DNA from: an uncultured Gammaproteobacteria bacterium
GTDB taxonomy: Bacteria; Patescibacteriota; Patescibacteriia; JACPL01; CAZRYK01
Assembly (NCBI GenBank): GCA_964604315.1
Contig: CAZRYK010000001.1
Span: forward strand, 2,459 to 66,458
Direction: 5' to 3'
DNA length: 64,000 nt
Part shown: in pieces, positions 1-8,060 of the stretch
Numbering within the stretch: position 1 is the first letter of the stretch
Layout of the letters: every line of letters begins with the position of its first letter
The notes under the pieces: model-generated
Told to the model about the DNA's origin: nothing
Databases searched by the model: none
The model's input: the letters and a program-made list of their open reading frames with translations, nothing else
Position numbers and translations under genes: made by a program

Positions 1-1365
1 GTCCGCCACAAGCGCATTCACGGTATGCAGTTTTTGCAACGTTGCCGCGTCCTTAATGAGGATACCTTCTTTTGCACCTTTACCCACACCGACAATAATC
101 GCGGTTGGCGTTGCTAAGCCCAGTGCGCACGGGCAGGCAATAACCAGAATGCCCACGAACGACATGAGCCCCAAAGACAAACTTTCCGCAAGACCGATCG
201 AAGGAATGCCAAGCACCAGCCAAACGCCCAACGCCACAAATGCTAAAACCAAAACGATCGGCACAAAGACCGATGAAATTTTATCGGCCAGGCCTTGAAT
301 CGGGGCTTTACTGCCTTGCGCCTCTTGCACCATTTTAATAATGTGCGCCAACAAGGTTTCAGACCCCACTTTTGTTGCGCGAAACGTAAACGCCGAGTTA
401 GTATTAATGGTACCCGAGGCAACAGAATCGCCGACCTTTTTTTCGGCAGGCATCGGTTCGCCGGTCACCATAGACTCATCAATAAACGGCGCGCCTTCTG
501 TAATTTCGCCGTCCACGGGAATTTTGGAACCCGGTTTAACAATCACTTCATCGCCTACCACTACCTTCTCAATAGGAATTTCCATTTCTTTACCGTCACG
601 CATCACGAACGCTGTCTTTGCTTGTAAGTTTAAGAGCTTCTCAATCGCATCACCGGTTTTGATTTTTGACCGCGCTTCCAAATATTTTCCCAAGGTGATA
701 AAGGCAATCACGACAATCGTGACATCGTAATACGTTTGTTCCACGTTAATATATTGCCGCAACGATTCCTCAAACGCCGTAACCGCAAAACTATACAGAA
801 ACGCGGCCGATGTGCCTAGACCAATAAGTGTATCCATGTTCGCTTTGCCGTAGCGCAAAAAACGATAAAACCCTTGCAAATACGGTTTGCCCACGACAAA
901 AAAGACATAGGTCGCAATAATCGGCAACAGATGATGGAAAAACTCGCCCCAGAACATTGGCATTTCGGCTACAACCTCTTGCTGAATCAGAATATCCCAA
1001 ACCATCACAAAGACACTGATGACAACCAATGGAATGGAAACCAAAACATGAAAACGCATTTGGCCAAGCTCTTGCAACTTTTCTTTTTTGCTCTGATTCA
1101 ACCCCATGTGCTCGGCATGTTCACTCGCCGTCATCCCTGGCATTTGTTCTTCCATGGAGCTCAACGTATACCCCAAGGGTTCAATGGACTTTGACAGCTC
1201 ATCGGACGTGACATGCTGCGGATCAAAAGACACTTTGGCCGTTTCCGTGCCATAGTTTACTTGCGCTGCTGTTACGCCGGGTTTCTTTTTAAATGTGCGC
1301 TCAATGATCCCAGCGCACGAGGCACAATGCATGCCGTGAACTTTAAATGTTTGTTCGCGCGCCAT
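1..1365 (-). CDS. copA: Heavy-metal (Cu+) translocating P1B-type ATPase, N-terminal part; gene continues past the window start
   Basis: Minus-strand frame is open to the window edge; ATG at 1363-1365. N-terminal HMA domain with GMHCASC (CxxC). Downstream 'PVDGEITEGAPFIDESMVTGEPMPAEKK' and TM segments typical of P-type ATPases. Confidence 0.85.
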   Translation of the reverse strand, partial: MAREQTFKVHGMHCASCAGIIERTFKKKPGVTAAQVNYGTETAKVSFDPQHVTSDELSKSIEPLGYTLSSMEEQMPGMTASEHAEHMGLNQSKKEKLQELGQMRFHVLVSIPLVVISVFVMVWDILIQQEVVAEMPMFWGEFFHHLLPIIATYVFFVVGKPYLQGFYRFLRYGKANMDTLIGLGTSAAFLYSFAVTAFEESLRQYINVEQTYYDVTIVVIAFITLGKYLEARSKIKTGDAIEKLLNLQAKTAFVMRDGKEMEIPIEKVVVGDEVIVKPGSKIPVDGEITEGAPFIDESMVTGEPMPAEKKVGDSVASGTINTNSAFTFRATKVGSETLLAHIIKMVQEAQGSKAPIQGLADKISSVFVPIVLVLAFVALGVWLVLGIPSIGLAESLSLGLMSFVGILVIACPCALGLATPTAIIVGVGKGAKEGILIKDAATLQKLHTVNALVAD

Positions 1366-1366
1366 A

Positions 1367-1642
1367 TTAGTTCGATAAATGATAGATTTTTAAAAGTTCC
1401 TTAATCGCCTGTTCTTTATTTTCTTTTAACTGATACACAGCGCAGGTGTCTAAGTGTCCGGCCAACAATTCTTTTTTCACGGTTTTCAATAAACCCATGA
1501 CGCTATCGACCTGCTGAATAACCTCGGGGCAATAGGTGTCGTTTTCGATCATGACAACCACGGTATCTAGCGTGCCTCGGGCCTGCTTAGAAAGTTTTAA
1601 CGACTTTGCTTTTTGAGCAACAAGTTTTTTATGCATAGACAA
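1367..1642 (-). CDS. csoR: CsoR/RcnR-family metal-sensing transcriptional repressor
   Basis: 91 aa; conserved Cys/His positions ('YCPEV...HLDTC'); immediately upstream of, and co-oriented with, the P-type ATPase. Confidence 0.8.
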   Translation of the reverse strand: MSMHKKLVAQKAKSLKLSKQARGTLDTVVVMIENDTYCPEVIQQVDSVMGLLKTVKKELLAGHLDTCAVYQLKENKEQAIKELLKIYHLSN

Positions 1643-1645
1643 AAT

Positions 1646-1679
1646 ATTAATACCTATTACCTAGGGTATAGGTATTAAT
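1646..1679. promoter_or_regulatory. Inverted repeat (candidate CsoR operator) immediately upstream of csoR
   Basis: ATTAATACCTAT-TACCTAGGGTA-TAGGTATTAAT: 12-bp perfect outer arms and a TACC-N-GGGTA core resembling described CsoR operators. Confidence 0.5.
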
Positions 1680-1731
1680 AAAAAATGTCAAATGGGGATA
1701 ACTTTTTATCCCCTCTTCTCTGTCTTCTGTA

Positions 1732-2202
1732 CTATGACCTTACAGTAAACGGAAGCTGTTGTCTTTTCTCTAAGAAACCTAGTAACGCCTCAATTTCATT
1801 TTTTAAAAAATCTTCCGCTTCAGGAAAGTTTTTTAATTCTTCTGGCGTCAACCATTCTACTCGAGCGGTATCCTCTAAAGGTTTTGCGGCATTGTTGAGC
1901 GCATGGCACAAAAAGGTTAAATTCACCACCTGCACGCCATCCACTCGCTGGAAGGTATTGTTGTAGACAAATTCAATGTCGTCGGTAATTTCTAAACCGA
2001 CTTCTTCCGCAATTTCTTTTTTCAAGGTTTTTTCAACAATGCGTGACTCGCCCTCTTCTTCCACTTTCCCACCAGGAATAGACCACGCCCCGGGTTTATG
2101 GACCTCGTTCATGCTTCTTTGTGCTAGCAAAAATTTGCCGTGGTACTCCACCCAACCCTTCACTAACACAATATAGAATTTTGCACCATCCGCCGTTTCC
2201 AT
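1732..2202 (-). CDS. NUDIX hydrolase
   Basis: Nudix box 'GGKVEEEGESRIVEKTLKKEIAEEVG'. Confidence 0.8.
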   Translation of the reverse strand: METADGAKFYIVLVKGWVEYHGKFLLAQRSMNEVHKPGAWSIPGGKVEEEGESRIVEKTLKKEIAEEVGLEITDDIEFVYNNTFQRVDGVQVVNLTFLCHALNNAAKPLEDTARVEWLTPEELKNFPEAEDFLKNEIEALLGFLEKRQQLPFTVRS

Positions 2203-2207
2203 GAAGG

Positions 2208-2501
2208 CTATTGGTTTAACAACTCATTCACGAATTCATTTTGTCCGGTTGCGCCCAAATAGGCCCCGATAGAAGCATTAATAAGCGAAAGAACCAAACC
2301 AATAATACATAAAACCAAACCCGCGACTGCCCACCCGCGCTTTGCGGATTTCATACCTTTGACGCTTAAAACCAGCCCAACAATCTGAACAGGAAAACCC
2401 ACAATCGGAATAAACCACGCCACCATGCCGATAATGCCTAAAATCAAACCGGCCTTTGCTTTGCCGCTCATATCGGCAACCTGGCCATTCGCATTGTCCA
2501 T
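2208..2501 (-). CDS. Small membrane protein (DUF4190-like)
   Basis: 97 aa; two hydrophobic helices with G/I/V-rich repeats. Confidence 0.45.
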   Translation of the reverse strand: MDNANGQVADMSGKAKAGLILGIIGMVAWFIPIVGFPVQIVGLVLSVKGMKSAKRGWAVAGLVLCIIGLVLSLINASIGAYLGATGQNEFVNELLNQ

Positions 2502-2629
2502 AAAGAGAGATGAATAATAAGAGTTTTATTATATCATAAACGGGGTTTTATTTCTGCCAAGATTAAGCTTTTCTTCCACGTTGACCACGGTGCTAGGGAA
2601 TGGTAAACTTTTTTCGCTGCTATTCTATT

Positions 2630-2700
2630 GCGAGAGTAGTATAATGGTAATACGTGGCCTTCCCAAGGCTAAATCGGGGGTTCGATTCCCCTCTCTCGCT
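2630..2700 (+). tRNA. tRNA-Gly (anticodon CCC)
   Basis: Cloverleaf read by hand. Acceptor GCGAGAG/CTCTCGC, D stem GTAT/ATAC, anticodon stem TGGCC/GGCTA with loop TTCCCAA, T arm GGGGG-TTCGATT-CCCCT. Confidence 0.8.
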
Positions 2701-2760
2701 CAAATAAAATATGCCTACTTTGATCGTCTTAAATCCCTCGGAGATCTTTAAAATCAATTT

Positions 2761-3612
2761 ATGGAAAACCATTTTGAAAATTCCATCAACAACCCTGAAA
2801 AAGAGCAAAAGGAAATAAGTGAAACAGATCTTTATCCTATTATAAACGCCTCATTACAACAACGTTACGACCGTATTGCGTCTTATTGGAACACCGATAT
2901 TTATGAAGGCACACGGCGCGACGATCTTATTCCTTTTATAATTGAGTCCGCAGATGTGCAGGATGGCATGACGGTTCTTGAAGTAATGTGCGGAACAGGT
3001 ATATTGTCCTCCGGATTAAAAAAAGAATTCCCAAAGTCTAAAGTCTATGCTCTCGACTTTAGCCGAGGCATGTTAAATGCTGCTCAAAATGATCTTCATA
3101 AAGTCCAATCCTCCATACTTGCGACTCCCTTTTCTGATCAAAGTTTTGATAGAATCTTTTTAAGATCCGCAATCTATGATTTACCTCGCCGCGCCCAAGT
3201 TAAAGCTTTACACGAGATAAAAAGGGTTTTAAAAAACAGAGGGATCTTCACCCTCCAAACTTACTATGCCTCTCCCCAGACGCGAGAAGTTTTGAATAAT
3301 ATTGTTAATATTAAGGATCTGGCTTCCGGACAATACCAAGATATGGGAAAAGAATTTCCAAGATATTTTGCTACTGCCGCGGAGTTAGAACACTGGTTTT
3401 CTGAAGCCGGTTTCACATTTAATCGATTATTGGATTTTGAAGGAGTCATAAGGTATATGCACACAAAAGAAATGACCGAACTTGGGCAGTCGATGTGGAT
3501 TGAATATATTGAAAAATTGCCCAAAAAAATTCAGGACGCAATTAAACTCCGTCGAGAAGAAAATGGAAGTCTTGTTTATAACTTCCCGGGGGCAATTTAT
3601 AAACTTTCTTGA
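2761..3612 (+). CDS. Class I SAM-dependent methyltransferase
   Basis: Motif I 'VLEVMCGTGILS'; 283 aa. Confidence 0.7.
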   Translation: MENHFENSINNPEKEQKEISETDLYPIINASLQQRYDRIASYWNTDIYEGTRRDDLIPFIIESADVQDGMTVLEVMCGTGILSSGLKKEFPKSKVYALDFSRGMLNAAQNDLHKVQSSILATPFSDQSFDRIFLRSAIYDLPRRAQVKALHEIKRVLKNRGIFTLQTYYASPQTREVLNNIVNIKDLASGQYQDMGKEFPRYFATAAELEHWFSEAGFTFNRLLDFEGVIRYMHTKEMTELGQSMWIEYIEKLPKKIQDAIKLRREENGSLVYNFPGAIYKLS

Positions 3613-3661
3613 CTTGATTTGGTCTCAAGTCAAAATTTTGAGTTAGAACCCCTACATGTTG

Positions 3662-3925
3662 TTACTTATACACCTGATTATGCGTTCCCACATCTAAGAA
3701 GATCACAACAGTATAGTTGTCGTATTCTCGAAAAATGATACGGATATCGCCAGTAACAGAAAACGCCCGTCGCCCCCGTAAGCCCCCTGTTAATGGATGA
3801 TTCCGCAATGTTGGATGATTCGGATGAGAGATAAATTTTTCTATAGCCTTAAGAACCTTCGATTTTATGTTAGGTGTTAGTTTTCGAAAACGCTTTTCAA
3901 AATCTTTGTGATAATGAATTTCCAT
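3662..3925 (-). CDS. yafQ: Type II toxin, RelE/YafQ family mRNA interferase
   Basis: 87 aa; RelE/ParE-like sequence; overlaps the upstream antitoxin gene by 1 nt. Confidence 0.7.
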   Translation of the reverse strand: MEIHYHKDFEKRFRKLTPNIKSKVLKAIEKFISHPNHPTLRNHPLTGGLRGRRAFSVTGDIRIIFREYDNYTVVIFLDVGTHNQVYK

Positions 3926-4206
3926 TACAGCGACTTCAAGTACTCAATTGCTGCCTTTTTGGTTACGAATTTTTTTATGTTTTTCCCTTCAGAAGCTTCT
4001 GCATCGGCTTGCCGAATGCGATCCTCTTCTTCCAAAGTCAAACCGTTCTCTGTGACAATCTTAAAAGGAATACCTTTATACACAACAACTTGCCGCAAAT
4101 AAAGCTTCACAGCAGAACTCATATCGATCCCTAAATCTTCAAAAATTTTCTTAGAGGCATTTTTGGTTTTCTCATCGATACGAACTTGCAAAGTAGTCAT
4201 AAACAT
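3925..4206 (-). CDS. dinJ: RelB/DinJ-family antitoxin
   Basis: 93 aa; RHH-type N-terminus 'LQVRIDEKTKNASKKIFEDLGIDMSSAVKLYLRQVV'; paired with the toxin downstream. Confidence 0.7.
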   Translation of the reverse strand: MFMTTLQVRIDEKTKNASKKIFEDLGIDMSSAVKLYLRQVVVYKGIPFKIVTENGLTLEEEDRIRQADAEASEGKNIKKFVTKKAAIEYLKSL

Positions 4207-4315
4207 TGAGCTGAATAATAACTCGCTATCTTTAGCTTAGCATGAGCTTCAATTAATGTCAATACATTGTCATTACAAAACACCCCGCGGTTTTAGCGGA
4301 GTGTTTTGTGTTTCT

Positions 4316-4924
4316 TTAGAGAACATGAATCGCGTAACGTTTGACACCAAACTGTATAGCTTCTTGACGTGACGGCATCCAGATATCGATGCGCGGTGAC
4401 AATCGGGTGGAATGTCTATCCCAAACCGTATACACCACGTCACCACTATATTCCGGAATCGTAAACTGTGTACCCATGGGGAAAGCATTACTTGCCGTCA
4501 CGCCAGGTTCCACGCGTTTTCCCGAAGCCGTGGTGAACGGATCACCATCGGTTTGGTCGGGCGTGCTGGAATAGGCCGTCATTAAGAAGGTCTGGACTTT
4601 CCGCGGCGGTTTTTGCGGCGCCACAGGAAATCCTTGAGCCGGAGTTTGCGTCGAAACTGACGCCTCCCGCGCTTCTAAGACACTTGCCAATTCCTGACTT
4701 GCCAATTCCGTACTTTGAATATAATCGGTTCGAGTCATCAGCCGGGGTTCAGGTTTTTCCGTGATTTCCAAGGCATACGCAGGCGGTACCACCGCGGTAA
4801 CCCCGATGATGCTGACGAAAATGACTAATGACGTCGCCCCCTTCGCAAAGCTACGAATAATCATAAATGCGATGAAGGATAAGGTCCGTGCCCCAAAAGT
4901 GTTATGCTCTTTTGCAACTGGCAA
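4316..4924 (-). CDS. 3D-domain protein (MltA-like cell-wall-associated fold) with N-terminal membrane anchor
   Basis: C-terminal '...MTAYSSTPDQTDGDPFTTASGKRVEPGVTASN...' matches the 3D domain pattern. Confidence 0.6.
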   Translation of the reverse strand: MPVAKEHNTFGARTLSFIAFMIIRSFAKGATSLVIFVSIIGVTAVVPPAYALEITEKPEPRLMTRTDYIQSTELASQELASVLEAREASVSTQTPAQGFPVAPQKPPRKVQTFLMTAYSSTPDQTDGDPFTTASGKRVEPGVTASNAFPMGTQFTIPEYSGDVVYTVWDRHSTRLSPRIDIWMPSRQEAIQFGVKRYAIHVL

Positions 4925-5125
4925 AGAGGAACAAACAGCTTTGGACGGATCAAAAAAGCCTATTCAGGCTTACGCCTCCTAGGCTTTCATGACCGAACAA
5001 CTTAGCATAGAGGGGGTCTTATGTCAAGGATTTTGGCATAAATAAGACTAATATTAGCAAATAATTTTTACACATCTCACCCTGCCTCTTAAAACCCTTT
5101 TGTGATATACTAAAAGTATAGAAAG

Positions 5126-5347
5126 GTGGTGATAAATATGATGAAAGGAAAAAATATGATGATGGTTAAGGGCCTAGTTCTCGTGGTGGTGGGCGTTTTA
5201 TGGTGGCTAACAAACTATGATGTTTTAGACGCAACGTTATGGGACTGGCTTTTGCCACTTCTCGTGGTTCTTTTGGGTCTGTGGTGGATGATGCCGCAAA
5301 CACATGAACATGAATGCTGTAAAACAGAAGAAAAACACGAAGGCTAA
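5126..5347 (+). CDS. Small Trp-rich membrane peptide with C-terminal His/Cys tail
   Basis: 73 aa; two TM helices (LWWLTNY / LGLWWMM); tail 'QTHEHECCKTEEKHEG'. Confidence 0.4.
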   Translation: MVINMMKGKNMMMVKGLVLVVVGVLWWLTNYDVLDATLWDWLLPLLVVLLGLWWMMPQTHEHECCKTEEKHEG

Positions 5348-5370
5348 AAGACCGTTTCTATACCAAAACA

Positions 5371-5404
5371 ACCCCCTGCTGAAAATTGCGGGGGTTTGTT
5401 TTTT
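5371..5404 (+). terminator. Rho-independent terminator
   Basis: CCCCCTGC-loop-GCGGGGG followed by TTTGTTTTTT. Confidence 0.55.
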
Positions 5405-5421
5405 ACTAAAAATATGTAGTT

Positions 5422-5579
5422 TGTGTGAGTGTGAGTAGTTCGCCCGCCTTTGCTAGAGCTTCGGCGAGGCAAGTATTTAGGGGTAAACTTTGCTCAAGAG
5501 GTTTTAAAAATGTTCTGCCTTGCGCTAAGTACAAAATACTAATTACGCATTACTCAAACTTTGCGTGAGCAAAGTTTAC
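5422..5579 (-). repeat. tRNA 3'-flank repeat element, copy C
   Basis: Reverse complement aligns along its length with the elements at 58987-59156 and 62553-62708. Begins CGTAAACTTTGCTCACGCAAAGTTTG directly after the tRNA-Cys 3' end and ends ACTCACACTCACACA. Confidence 0.7.
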
Positions 5580-5581
5580 GG

Positions 5582-5654
5582 AGGCCTAGATGGGATTTGC
5601 ACCCATGAATAGCGGTTTTGCAGACCGCCGTGTTAGCTACTTCACCACTAGGCC
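5582..5654 (-). tRNA. tRNA-Cys (anticodon GCA)
   Basis: Hand-folded. Acceptor GGCCTAG/CTAGGCC, anticodon stem GCGGT/ACCGC with loop CTGCAAA, T arm TGGGT-GCAAATC-CCATC. Confidence 0.6.
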
Positions 5655-5680
5655 GCATTTCAAGATTTTTCTTCATCCGA

Positions 5681-6262
5681 TCAGGATCCGACCTTTCTGG
5701 AGGTCGGATCCTCCGTGGCTACATTACCTTGAGCGGCCAAATCGTGCAAGCGAATAATTTCTTGGGCAACTTCCCGCGGATGCGGAACCTCTTCAAAAAC
5801 AAATCGCTTCTGTTCACCGGCAGACTGAATATGCACATTGCCAAAATCCAAAAACGTTTGCAGTTTCCCCCGAACTTCACTGGTGACATCTTGCACTTTA
5901 GAAATATTCGTTTCCGAAATCACGCGGGAAAAAAGGCCTTCTTGCTCAATGTTCAACAGCCGCTCGTTGGTGACAATCCAAATGTCTAAATAATAATCCA
6001 CCCAGTTATGGAAGAACGTCAGCCACGCATACAAGTAAATAAGAGACGTTACAAAGACCGCAAGAACTTGCGCTATTCCCGCCTTAAAAAAATCAACGTC
6101 TAATGCGATGGCGAAAAAGGCAAAAAGCGCAATAGGAATAAACCACAACAGCAGTAATAAGAGAATATGTTTAATCATAATCAACCCATGTCGACGAATA
6201 ACATGCACCACTTTTTCATTGGGCCGTTTATCGGGAAAAAATCTGTCGTCGTTGCTGTGCAT
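5681..6262 (-). CDS. Membrane protein with bacterial PH (bPH_2/YdbS-like) domain
   Basis: Two TM helices followed by a PH-like beta-rich C-terminus. Confidence 0.55.
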   Translation of the reverse strand: MHSNDDRFFPDKRPNEKVVHVIRRHGLIMIKHILLLLLLWFIPIALFAFFAIALDVDFFKAGIAQVLAVFVTSLIYLYAWLTFFHNWVDYYLDIWIVTNERLLNIEQEGLFSRVISETNISKVQDVTSEVRGKLQTFLDFGNVHIQSAGEQKRFVFEEVPHPREVAQEIIRLHDLAAQGNVATEDPTSRKVGS

Positions 6263-6269
6263 GAGCGAT

Positions 6270-6515
6270 TTAATTAATCAAAAAATCACTTTCTTCAGCC
6301 GCGGGGAATAAATCTTGCGACCAATCCACCTGCACAATATACCAACCCGAGAACAAAAAGATCACCAGCGAGACAACAAGATAGGTTATAATCATATACC
6401 GCGTTGTCGAACTCATGAAACCAAACTTATAAATATGGTACAGGCTAAAAAAACTTCCCAAGATGTACCCCAGGATTCCAAAGGTATAAAGAATAAGCAA
6501 CAGACTGTACGTCAT
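6270..6515 (-). CDS. Hypothetical small membrane protein
   Basis: 81 aa; two TM helices; stop overlaps the ruvB start. Confidence 0.4.
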   Translation of the reverse strand: MTYSLLLILYTFGILGYILGSFFSLYHIYKFGFMSSTTRYMIITYLVVSLVIFLFSGWYIVQVDWSQDLFPAAEESDFLIN

Positions 6516-7534
6516 AAAAGCGTTTGCAAATGCGCGGGCGGCACGCGTTTTAAATGTTCATAAGCTCGCTTAGTCGCCATGCGTCCACGAGGTGTGCGGG
6601 TTAGAAAACCTTTTTGCATAAGAAACGGTTCAATCACATCTTCCAACGTTTCAGTTTCTTCGCTCGTTGCCGCGGCAATGGTAGAAAGCCCTACGGGTCC
6701 GCCGTCAAATTTATCCATAATCGCTTCTAAAATAGCCCGATCCATGTGGTCTAGTCCTTCGTCGTCAATTTCCAGTTGGCGCAAAGCATGCTCGGTTAGG
6801 CTTTCGGTAATGGTATCATGTTGCGACACTTGCGCAAAGTCACGAACGCGGCGCAAAAGCCGATTGGCAATGCGCGGTGTACCGCGCGACCGACGAGATA
6901 AGAGAGAGACCGCGGACGCTTCAATGGCTATTTGCAACAACCGCGCAGAACGCACAAGAATATCTGCCAAATCCTGCGCGTCATAATAGGACAAACGAAA
7001 ATGATGCCCAAAGCGATCCCGCAATGGCGAAGATAACTGACTCAACCGCGTGGTGGCGCCTACAATCGTAATCGGTGGAATGGAAAGCTGAATCGAGCGC
7101 GCGGCCATGCCTTTGCCCACAACCAAATCTAACACCCCGTCTTCCATGCAGGGGTAAAGCAACTCTTCAACGTTTTTTGGCAAACCGTGAATTTCGTCGA
7201 TGAACAAAATGTCGCCGGGCTGACAATTGGTAATAATCGCGGCTAAATCCCCAGCGCGTTCAATTGCCGGCCCTTGCGTTTGCCGAACGTTTCCTTGCAT
7301 CTCGGTTGCAATAACATGCGCCAACGTGGTCTTGCCTAAACCCGGCGGGCTCACCAGTAAACAGTGCTCTAACGGTTCCTGCCTTTGCCGCGCGGCTTGC
7401 ATAAACACTCGCAAATTGTCTTTCACTTGCTTTTGCCCAATATACTCGCCCAAACTTTTTGGCCGCAATGCGTGATCAAAAACCGCATCATCCGATTGTG
7501 CTTTCTTATCTGTTACGCGTTCCTCGATGGTCAT
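6512..7534 (-). CDS. ruvB: Holliday junction branch-migration helicase RuvB
   Basis: Walker A '[13 protein letters not shown]', 'DEIHGL', sensor regions; 340 aa. Confidence 0.92.
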   Translation of the reverse strand: MTIEERVTDKKAQSDDAVFDHALRPKSLGEYIGQKQVKDNLRVFMQAARQRQEPLEHCLLVSPPGLGKTTLAHVIATEMQGNVRQTQGPAIERAGDLAAIITNCQPGDILFIDEIHGLPKNVEELLYPCMEDGVLDLVVGKGMAARSIQLSIPPITIVGATTRLSQLSSPLRDRFGHHFRLSYYDAQDLADILVRSARLLQIAIEASAVSLLSRRSRGTPRIANRLLRRVRDFAQVSQHDTITESLTEHALRQLEIDDEGLDHMDRAILEAIMDKFDGGPVGLSTIAAATSEETETLEDVIEPFLMQKGFLTRTPRGRMATKRAYEHLKRVPPAHLQTLL

Positions 7535-7544
7535 ATATTATATA

Positions 7545-7660
7545 GTTTCAGCTGTCAGCAGACCCGCCTGCCATTTGCCTGTCATGGCGGGCAGGCAGCA
7601 GTCAGATTTTTGAAGTAATTTTTTTCCGATCACTGACAGCTGATGGCTGACTGCTGGTTA
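7545..7660. repeat. Intergenic inverted-repeat element of the CAGCTGTCAG / CTGACAGCTG / GCTGACTGCTGG family
   Basis: CAGCTGTCAG at 7549-7558 and CTGACAGCTG at 7633-7642, with a GC-rich inner palindrome. Related motifs occur at 16801-16868 and 49268-49380. Confidence 0.45.
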
Positions 7661-7727
7661 TTCAAGTATAGCACATTAACAAAATAGCTAAAACTAGCTA
7701 AATTTAAGGCTATCACCCCCGCTCATA

Positions 7728-7756
7728 TTGACAAAAACGAAATTCAGTGCTACAGT
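7728..7756 (+). promoter_or_regulatory. Sigma70-type promoter (TTGACA-17-TACAGT with upstream TG)
   Basis: TTGACA at 7728-7733, 17-nt spacer, TGCTACAGT at 7748-7756. No plus-strand CDS follows. Confidence 0.5.
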
Positions 7757-7763
7757 ATGAAGT

Positions 7764-7892
7764 TATTTTGGTGAAAAGGCCTCGTTAACCTGCGGTCACG
7801 ACAAGCATGGGGACTATTCTCTGGGTCAAGAGGTTTCGACTTCTTTATTGCATGGAATAGTCTTCTTGACTGCAGGTTAGTGGGGCTTTTTT
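7764..7892 (+). ncRNA. Candidate small RNA: long irregular hairpin ending in a U-tract
   Basis: 13-bp closing helix TAACCTGCGGTCA (7786-7798) / TGACTGCAGGTTA (7867-7879). Inner helix GACTATTC/GAATAGTC. Ends GGGGCTTTTTT at 7882-7892. Confidence 0.4.
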
Positions 7893-7903
7893 AATTCCTC
7901 GGA

Positions 7904-8012
7904 GGGGAAAACCCTCAAGGAAGGGTTTTCCCCTTCCGACGCTCCTCCGACGAAACGTCGGGGTCACTGCCTCCCCTTTCCAAGGTGCCTTGGAGCGGAG
8001 AGTAAATCTCCG
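7904..8012. repeat. Array of four perfect GC-rich hairpins
   Basis: GGGGAAAACCCT..AGGGTTTTCCCC; CCGACGAAACGTCGG; CCAAGGTGCCTTGG; CGGAGAGTAAATCTCCG. Confidence 0.4.
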
Positions 8013-8060
8013 TCCAAGGCGAAGGAGTAAAAAATTTGCAAACGTGAAAGTCCTCTCGTT

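Noticed and set aside
2620-2808. 62-aa minus-strand ORF
   Set aside because: Overlaps tRNA-Gly on the opposite strand; spurious.
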